Part shown: in pieces, positions 56,179 through 64,000 of the stretch | How the letters are laid out: every line of letters begins with the position of its first letter | Numbering within the stretch: position 1 is the stretch's first letter | Assembly (NCBI GenBank): GCA_965240325.2 | Contig: OZ251250.1 | Span: forward strand, 806,001-870,000 | From: Rebecca billardiae RCC1528 | Taxonomy: Eukaryota > Protista > Haptophyta | Reading direction: 5' to 3' | Length of the DNA: 64,000 nucleotides | The notes under the pieces: generated by a model | The model's input: only the letters and a program-made list of their open reading frames with translations | Databases searched by the model: none | What the model was told of the DNA's origin: nothing | Made by a program: the position numbers and the translations under genes

Positions 56179-56778
56179 CGGCCGGCCGCCTGACTCACTG
56201 TCGGACCGGGCAGGCGCGCCGCCGGCCGTTAGCCGGCTCACGGTCGGCCCGACGGGCGCATGGGCCCTGCGCGGATGCGAGTGGCCCGTCCGCGCGCGCT
56301 GCACCACAGCCGTCGCCGCTGTCGTCGGAGCGTACAGTGGCGGTGGGAATTATATAAGTCGGCCGGCGGCGCGGATCGCGCGCCGCCTCAGTGCCGGTGC
56401 GGCGCCAACCGCCGCGACCGCCGCGGCAAGTGCCGCTCGCGGCGGCGCGGGCCCGTCGGTCGCCGAGTCCGTGGCAGGCGGCGGGCGGGCCCGCGTATGC
56501 CGCACGGGCCGCGGACCGACCGGGTGGCCTGACCGCGCGGACTGACTACTCTACGCCGCGGCGGGGAGTTCCTCTGGCCGCGGGCCGCCGACCGGCCACC
56601 GCCGGGCCGCCGGCGCGGCCCGGGCGCGGCGCCCGCCCGGGCGCCGGGTCGGTTACGGTTATATATATATAACGACGCGGTATATATCGGGAGTATCACA
56701 CTCGACACTCTCACTCGTCATATCTATCATCGCGATGATATACGGCGTGACATACGCGCGGAGCCCACGGTGACGGAG

Positions 56779-57700
56779 GGCCTGTTTTATTTCTACCGCC
56801 AGATTCCGCCATTTACTATGTCACGGCGACAAACCCGTGCTCGCCAGTGGGAATCGGTGTCACGCCCCGTTGGGTGTACCTCTCACGGCCGATGGCGGCC
56901 CCCACGTGCGCAAGGAATGCGATTCGTGCACTCCTCGGTGACCGGTGAGTGCACGAATCCAGTTGCGGCGCTCGTCCGCCTCGTCGTTGTCGCACACGAG
57001 GTACACCCAACACCATGGGTCGGATCCCAGAACTCTCCGCGCGCTCGCGCCTGCGCGGCACTGGCAGGCTTGTTCTCATCATCTTGGCCAAGACTGCAGC
57101 CTGAAAGATGCGCGAGGACGCGTGTGCACGCCTTTCCGCGCGTCATGGGTGCGCGTGGCACGCACCTTGTAATATTATACGCCGAGGAGGCCTGAGCATC
57201 CGGCCTACTAACCTTCCGCGATCACGTTCAAATGCAGGCGGCAAGCTGCAAGCAAGCGCACGCCGAACGGAAGCATCTCAAGCTCGACAAGGTAGTGGCG
57301 GCGGAGCGTTTAGAGCTGGTGGCGATTGCAGTCCATCTGGCTGTGAACTGGTCGCTAACTGACACGGGTGCGACGCAGCAGCCAAGGCAGAGTGCTTGCA
57401 GCTTGCAGAGGGCCTCCAGCTGCAGCGGTTTGCCGCCGCTCAGCCGCCGCTGCATCGTGCGCACTGCCGTGCACCGCGAGTGACCCCTGTGTCAAGGCGA
57501 AGCACCACGGCAAGGCGAATCAGCATGTCTGACAACATCCTTCGCCACAGCGCAGCGCCTCAACACGAGAATGCGCGAATGACGTGCCATCACTTCTCCG
57601 GACTAGCTCCGGGGCCCGCACCAGCGGGCAAGCCGCCATTGGCATTGTACCGCGTTTTGGCGAATGTCGCCTTTGGGCTCTCGTAGAAATAAAACAGGCC
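56779..57700. mobile_element. MITE-like element, 18-bp perfect TIR, 4-bp TSD GGAG
   Basis: GGAG|GGCCTGTTTTATTTCTAC ... GTAGAAATAAAACAGGCC|GGAG. Confidence 0.85.
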
Positions 57701-57855
57701 GGAGTGACGGGGCACGGAATGGCCGGCAGCGATAATTAATAATCGTAGTCGCATCGATATTACTCATAACTATTGGCATTGCTTGCGACGAGAGTACGAG
57801 ACGCCAGACGGACGACTGATATCGAATTCGATACGCTTATTGCTATACTGTATAT

Positions 57856-58717
57856 GACCCGTTGCACGGGTGAGTAACCGTGTTACCGTGAGCGTATGAA
57901 AAAACGACATGCACACACGCGTATGAAATGTCGGTTTTGTCACTCGCGCTGCCGCATGGCTGACGCCCGCGCCGATCCGAGCGGAATGGGGCATTGCGAA
58001 GCCGATTCGCAATGCCCCAATCCAATCGGCATGTCAATCGACCCAACCGTCGCTGAGAACGAACGACAAAACCCAAGGCAGGTGCCCACCAAGCGACGCC
58101 GCCCGCGCGCCGGCAGCGTGAACGCGCGGTCGCGCAGAGGTGGCCAATGCAGAAGGCATCAGCCAATGCTCCTGCCTTCGGCAAGCGCGCCACCTCAGCG
58201 TCAGCATCGGGTGGGACCGTGACGATATATGCCCTGGATGCGGCTCCAGCCAAACGCCCTCGACACGGGGAGCCGCCATCGGCAGCGAGCGCGCCACGGA
58301 TACATACACGTGCTGTCCTCGTGAACGAGGATTCAGGAGACGAGGCGCCGGCGGCTCGGCCCGCGATGTGCAGGCAGGCTGGAGTGGCTCACGCTGCGAT
58401 CGCGTGTACGGGTACAGAAGGCGTGCGCACGCAACCACACCGCCCACGTGAAGCGCGTGGGCAAGCTGCTGAAGCTCTCACGATGCGTGCGCGCCTTCCT
58501 TCTCACCTCTGCGCTCGCCGACCGCTGCCTTCCGCGCGGCAGACAGGGGACACCTGCCACCTGGCGCGCACGACGCAGCGTGTAACGCAGAAGGTGGTAG
58601 ATCCGCTGCCACGCTCCCGCTGCCGCTGCTGCCGGCGGCAGCGGTATGCCCGAGGCGGCGACGGTGACTATCACTGCCAAAGTGTCGTTTTTTCGGCGCT
58701 CACGCGTGCAACTGGTC
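57856..58717. mobile_element. MITE-like DNA transposon, copy 2 (TSD ATAT)
   Basis: Collinear homologue of 19610-20452; ATAT|GACCCGTTGCACG ... CGTGCAACTGGTC|ATAT. Confidence 0.9.
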
Positions 58718-58903
58718 ATATACTAGCTGCTACTACTGATCGATATATATATTAATTCATCACTAAATAATTGACCTTATTATTATCGATCGGCGGCGTG
58801 ATGCGCTGATGACTCCCGCGTTCGGCTAATAATAAAGGCCAAAAGTCGCGTCGTATAGTTAGCACCGTCGCCCGCCCGGCCGCTGCTGCGCGCAGGCGCC
58901 CGC

Positions 58904-61256
58904 TCATGGCGCCGCGCCACCCGGCCCCGCCGCGCCGTCCGGCAGCCGCGGCAGCGCGGGCGCGGAGGCGGACGCGCACACAGGGGTCGCGCTGCCGACG
59001 GCTGGGCCTGGGCCGTGCGCGGCGCCCGGCCCCGCCGCCGCTGCGGCAGCGGCGGCCGTGCCACCGTCAGTGGCGCCAGCGCCCACAGCCGCGCGCGCTG
59101 CGGAGGGCGGCGCCGCCGAGGGCGGCGGCGCAGCCTCCTCAGCGGCGGTGCCGCGCCCCGCGAGGGGCAGCTCGGGGGCGGAGGCAGAGCCGGCGGCGGC
59201 TGCGGGCGCGGCCGCGGCCACTGCCGCCGCCTCCGCCGCCGCCGCCGCCTCTGTCAGCGGTGCAAGCGCCGCGCGCAGCGTGCGCGTCACCGCGCCCGCG
59301 CGGCGCGCGCCCGCCGCGGCGGCGGCCGCCGCGCCCGAGCTCGCACCGAACAGTGCGCCGAAGCACTGGTCGAGGTGCGGCCCGAGGTGCTCCACCATGG
59401 GTGCGGCGAGCGCGCGCAGCGCGGCGCTCGCGGGCGGCGGCGTGCGCTCGTCGGCCGCGCGCGCACAGAGCTCTGAGGCCGCCGCGGCCGCGCAGCGCGC
59501 GAGCGAGCGCTGCAGCCGCGGTCGCAGCTCGAGGAGTGCGCACGCGCGGAGGCCGTTGAGCGCGCCGAGCGTCGCGTTGAGCAGCACGGCGAGCGGCGGC
59601 CAGCGCAGCAACTCGGCGGGCGGCAGCAGCGCCGTCGTCGTCGCCGCCCCGCCGCCGCCGCCTCCGCCGCCCCCATTGCGCCCACCGCCGCCCGCCGCCG
59701 CGCCGCCCGCCGCGCCGTCGGCCGCGCCGCCCGCGGCGATTGCCGCGCGCACGTGGCTGTCCAGAGCGGCGCCCCAGTAGCGGCCGGCCATGCCGAGCCC
59801 GGCGTCGAAGTGCGCCGCCACCGCGCCCTCGAAGCGCGGCAGCAGCAGAGCGTGCACGTCCGCGCCCACGCGGCCGAGTGAGTGCGCTGTGGCCATCGCC
59901 TGCTCAAGCACGTTGGCGAGGAAGGCGAGCTCGGAGATGGCGGGCAGGAGCGAGCCCAGCAGCCGGTCGAGCTCGGACGCGCGCGCGCACAGCCAGCTGC
60001 GCAGCTCGAGCTCGGCGGGCGCGGGGAGCGGCGGCGCGGCGGGCGCGGCGCCCGCGCGCGCGCCGCCGCGCACCGTCAACGCGCCGCCCTGCGCGCCGCC
60101 TTGGCTCCCCGCGGCGCCCGCGTCCGCGTCCGCGCCGGCGCCGGCGCTGCCGCCAAAGATGGCGTCGTACTGCGTGAGCGCGTCGAACCAGCGGCCGCGC
60201 GCCACCTCGAGCACGCGCAGCGCCGCGCGGTACGGCTCGAGCGAGCGGTCGCGCAGCGTGGCCGAGAGGACCGAGCGCAGCGCCGCCGTATGCCCGCTCA
60301 GGAACTCTCCGCGAAGTTTCGCGTCGGAGAGGCGGCCCATGCGCCGCAGCTGGCCGACGGTGGTGAGCACCTCGGGCAGGCGGAAGCCCGCGCCGAAGCC
60401 GACGCCGCCGCCGCCCGCACCGCCGCCGCCGCCGTACGCCCGGTGGCTCATCTCGGACCCGTCGGCTGCGCGGCCCGCGCGGCGCGGCCGGGCGCGCACG
60501 CATGCGCGCGCGCGCCGCGCCGCGGGGCGGGCGGCGTGAGCGCGCGTGCGGCGCGGCGCGGAGGCGTGCGCGCAGCTCGGCGCGCGCGCGTCGACTCGGC
60601 GCGCGCGCACCCGCACTCGCCGCGCCGCGCAGCGCGCCGAGCAGCTTCTCGTGCAGCACCGCCGCCGCGTGCTCGACCTCCTCCGAGATGCGCTGCAGGA
60701 CAGGCAAGTCTGGCACCTGCGCGCTCAGCGCGTGCGCGGTCGCGCGGAGCTCGAGGGCCTCGTCGATGAGGTTGGAGCGGATGCACGTGTCCATCAGCGC
60801 GGGGATCTCGAGCAGCTCGAGCAGCTGCGCCTGGTGCCGCAGCAGCGCGGCGTTCTGCTCGCGCTGCGCGATGGCGGACTGCGCCGCGCCCAGCGCGTCC
60901 TCGATCGCGCGCGTCACGTCGGGCAGGCGGTCGCACGCGGCGGAGAGGCGGGAGACGGCGGCGTCCGAGCGCGAGTGCATCTCGTGCACGCCCTCCGCCG
61001 TCTGCACGAGCTGCGGGTAGCTGCTGCGCAGCAGCTCGACCACTTGCGACTGCGCGCGCGCAAGCGCACACGCCGCGCGCATGCACGCCGCGGTGCGTGA
61101 CGGACGGGCGCGGGGCAGGAGCGCGCGCGGCGGGTGGGCGCTGCAGCCGGGCGGAGGGACGCGTCGCACCTCCAGCGCGTGGTTGTTCGCATCGAGCTCG
61201 TCCTTCAGCCGGTGCAGCTTCTCCACCGACTCGCCTTCGACGACGACCGACGCCAT
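58904..61256 (-). CDS. COG8: Conserved oligomeric Golgi complex subunit 8 (Dor1), 3 exons
   Basis: LLELLEIPALMDTCIRSN, VGQLRRM, WFDALTQYDAIF, SLGRVGAD, LLRWPPLAVLLN...LNGLR. Introns 61050-61169 and 60466-60616. Confidence 0.9.
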
Positions 61257-61405
61257 CGCTCTTGATCACCCCAGCAGCGAAGCCGGCGCGCCGCGAAGCT
61301 TTGCTGGTGAGCCCCCGCGCACGCGGTCACACCACCCTTGATTCCTTATTATTTTGGTCACACTGAGCATTCAGTAGTGAGCAAGCGTCAGCCGACGCGG
61401 ACACG

Positions 61406-62865
61406 ATGGCCGGCGGCAGCATCCGGGCTGACGAGATGGGCACACCGCGCCCACGCGACGAGCGGCAGCAGGCCGCGCTGCGCTCGTTCGGCGACCACCT
61501 GAAGGACGAGCCTGGCGCGATCGCCGCCATCAAAGTGCTCCTGGAGCTTATCCAGTCGAGCGCAGGTGCGCACCGCGCGCCGCGCGCACCGAGCGCGGAC
61601 CGCCGCTCACGCGCGCGCGCGCAACCCGGCGCACGCGCGCGCGCGCGCGCGCGCAGCGACGACGATCATGGGCCTGCAGATCGAGCTGCAGGCGGCGGCT
61701 GACCTGCTCCGGCAGCACGAGGCGGAGGGCATCTCCATCGCCTCGGGCTGCGAGCTCTTCATGCGGTTCGTCACGCGCACGGCGCTCGACCACACAGACT
61801 ATGACGAGTGCAAGACAAAGATCCTGCAGCGCGGCGAGTTCTTCAAGGAGCACTCGACGCGCGCGCGCGCGCGGATCGCCGAGCTCGGCGCGCCCTTCCT
61901 CCGCGACGGCGCCTCGGTGCTCACCACCGGCTACTCGCGCGTCGTGCTCGCGCTGCTCCTGCACGCCGCCTCTGTCGGCAAGCGGCGGTTCAGCGTCGTC
62001 ATCGCGGAGTCGCACGCGGACGGGCCGGGGCACCAGCTCGCGCGCGCGCTGCTGGACGGCGGGATCCCCGTGACGATGGTCGACGAGGCCGCCGTCGCCG
62101 TCGCGCTCGAGAGCGCGCACCTCGTGCTCGTGGGCGCGGAGGGCGTCGTGGAGAACGGCGGCATCATCTCAAAGGTGGGCCTTCCTTTTGAGCGGCCCGC
62201 CCCTGCCCTGCCCTCCCCTGCCCGCGTCCATGCCTACCCCGGCCTCCTGCCGCCCCGCTGCCCTGCCACCCTGCGGCGCCCCGCCTACGGCCGCGCCGCC
62301 GTCGCCGCCGGCGCACCCTGCACGCCACGCGGACCCGACTGTGATGCCGACGCGGCGGCCCGCCGCCGCCGACGCCGCGCTGCCGCGCTGCGCGCCCGTG
62401 TCCACCTGCACGCCGCCCGTGTCCCTCCCTAACCCTAACCCTAACCCTAACACAACCCGCTGCCGCGCTGCGCTGCTGCCCGTGTCCGTCCCTCCCCTGC
62501 CGCGTGCCGTGCGCGCGCAGGTGGGCACGTGCCAGATGGGCATCATTGCCAAGGCGATCGGCCGCCCCGTGTACGTCGCGGCGGAGTCCTTCAAGTTCGT
62601 GCGACAGTACCCGCTCAACCAGGCCGACGTGCTGAGCTACGGGGAGCGCGGGTCGGCGCTGGGCGGCGGTGGGAGCATGGCGGAGGGCGCAAAGCCTGCG
62701 CAGCAGGGCGGCGCGGCCGCGGCCGATGGCGGCCGGCCCGGGCCTCGCGCGTGGCGCATCACGCGCGACTACACCGCGCCGCGGTACATCAACCTGCTCT
62801 TCACCGACCTGGGCGTGCTCACGCCCTCAGCCGTCAGCGACGAGCTGATCAAGCTGTACTACTGA
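61406..62865 (+). CDS. EIF2B1: Translation initiation factor eIF2B subunit alpha, 3 exons
   Basis: [69 protein letters not shown]. Introns 61566-61656 and 62175-62520. Confidence 0.95.
62427..62450 (+). repeat. Interstitial telomere-type repeat (CCCTAA)4 in an intron
   Basis: ccctaaccctaaccctaaccctaa inside eIF2B-alpha intron 2. Confidence 0.9.
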
Positions 62866-63294
62866 GTACTGAGCCCGGTCACCGGACCCGGTGAGGAGCT
62901 CGCGGTGACGCCGACGGTCCGAGGCCGGACCGGCCCCGCAGTGTCGTCAGGCGCTACGACTGACTACTCAGTGACGCCGCAGCTGGCAGCAGGCCAGCAG
63001 TGTCAGACGCGCGCGCATATCATTGACGCTGCTGATGACGCCCCGCGCCTTACTCTGCATCTTAGTCACTGCTGTAGTATATATATACCGAAGACTGTCG
63101 TACTCCGTCGGCGTTAGCAGGATGACGCGGCCCGCCGCAACGGTCGTCGTCGTCAGACCGCGTCGATCTGCTCAGTTTAACGACAGCTGATGCGCAGCAG
63201 CCTGGCGCAGCGCCAGCAGCAGTCCAGCACGCGGTCGTCGTCAGATCGTAGTCGCCAGCATCAGAGTGTCGTGGGCGCGGACCTCGGCCGGCTG

Positions 63295-64000
63295 TCAGGC
63301 TGCAGCCAGCGAAGCAGCGGGCGGAGGCCATGCCGTGCGAACGCTGGGCAGCTGCACGATGGGGAGCGGGAGGCAAATGCACTGCGCCTGCGCGCCATCC
63401 TGCCGATGCGACAGGCGCACGCCTCTGCCGTGTGCCGCCGACTCGAGGGCGCACACGTGCACGCCACCGTCTGCCGTCACAAACAGCGACGCCAACGTGC
63501 CCATGCAGCACTCGACGACGGGCGCATTCACCAGGGCCTGCATGGGCTGCATCTGCATCGCTGGGTTGCCCCCGCCCAGCCCGAGCTGCCCGCACACGTT
63601 TTGCCCGAAAGCGCGCACGCTGCCGTCCGCACACACCACCGCACTTTTGTGCTCGCCAGCGCTCGCCTTCACAGCGTGCGCGCCTGCTAGCGCCTCGATG
63701 CGCTTCGGCGTGTGCAGAGGGTGCAGGTCACCGTGGCCGAGAGCCCCAGCGCCGCCATATCCGAAGGATTGCACTCCGCCCGCTGCGCCCACCACCAGGC
63801 TGTGCACAACGCCCGCGCTCACGTGCACGGCGCGCACGGCAGCGAGCCCCTCGATGCGCCGTGGAGTGAGCCGATCCTGCTCATCACCGTGGCCGAGCTG
63901 TCCGCAGCTGCCTCGGCCGCACGAGTACGCCCGGCCGGCGGCCGACAGGAAGAGGGTAGACGTGCCACCGGCCGACAGCCCTCCCACACGCACGCCAGCC
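63295..64000 (-). CDS. RCC1-repeat protein (C-terminal part; 5' end outside the window)
   Basis: GRAYSCGRGSCGQLGHGD..., VSAGVVHSL, GALGHGD, SAGEHKS, FGQNVCGQLGLG. The exact 3' end is uncertain. Confidence 0.85.
   Translation of the reverse strand, partial: AGVRVGGLSAGGTSTLFLSAAGRAYSCGRGSCGQLGHGDEQDRLTPRRIEGLAAVRAVHVSAGVVHSLVVGAAGGVQSFGYGGAGALGHGDLHPLHTPKRIEALAGAHAVKASAGEHKSAVVCADGSVRAFGQNVCGQLGLGGGNPAMQMQPMQALVNAPVVECCMGTLASLFVTADGGVHVCALESAAHGRGVRLSHRQDGAQAQCICLPLPIVQLPSVRTAWPPPAASLAAA

Noticed and set aside
60616-60620. GC-AG intron donor (GCGAGT) in COG8
   Set aside because: It gives the wrong phase; the GTGCG donor at 60616 restores the frame.

Overview
Very GC-rich eukaryotic nuclear DNA with short spliceosomal introns (GTGCG...GCGCAG, GC-rich, no pyrimidine tract), signal+transit-type N-termini and an intronic (CCCTAA)4. 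The likely source is a haptophyte microalga of the Pavlovales/Diacronema type (inference from composition, intron style and gene content). About 20 protein genes are supported. They are: a large Pro-rich type-I membrane protein absent from the ORF track, a GT11-like fucosyltransferase, a RAP-domain helical-repeat protein, a protease-less FtsH-like AAA protein, COX20, FAD4/TMEM189 desaturase, a Sel1-repeat+MYND protein, a WHIM3-like protein, fibrillin, cytochrome P450, two tandem hybrid histidine kinases, a Cys-less pentameric ligand-gated ion channel, RED/IK, COG8, eIF2B-alpha, an RCC1-repeat protein and several hypotheticals. Seven gene pairs are head-to-head. Intergenic DNA holds at least seven non-autonomous DNA-transposon insertions read from TIRs and TSDs (2-, 4-, 7-, 8-bp and TA), one nested in another, plus a hairpin/direct-repeat-bounded candidate HUH-type element. 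The strongest leads are the Sel1 array (near-identical DNA scaffold with hypervariable codons, a candidate variable receptor), the signal-peptide-less channel with an anion-selectivity motif, the tandem kinase pair, and the surface glycoprotein/fucosyltransferase pair. All family calls come from motif recognition by eye; no database searches were run.
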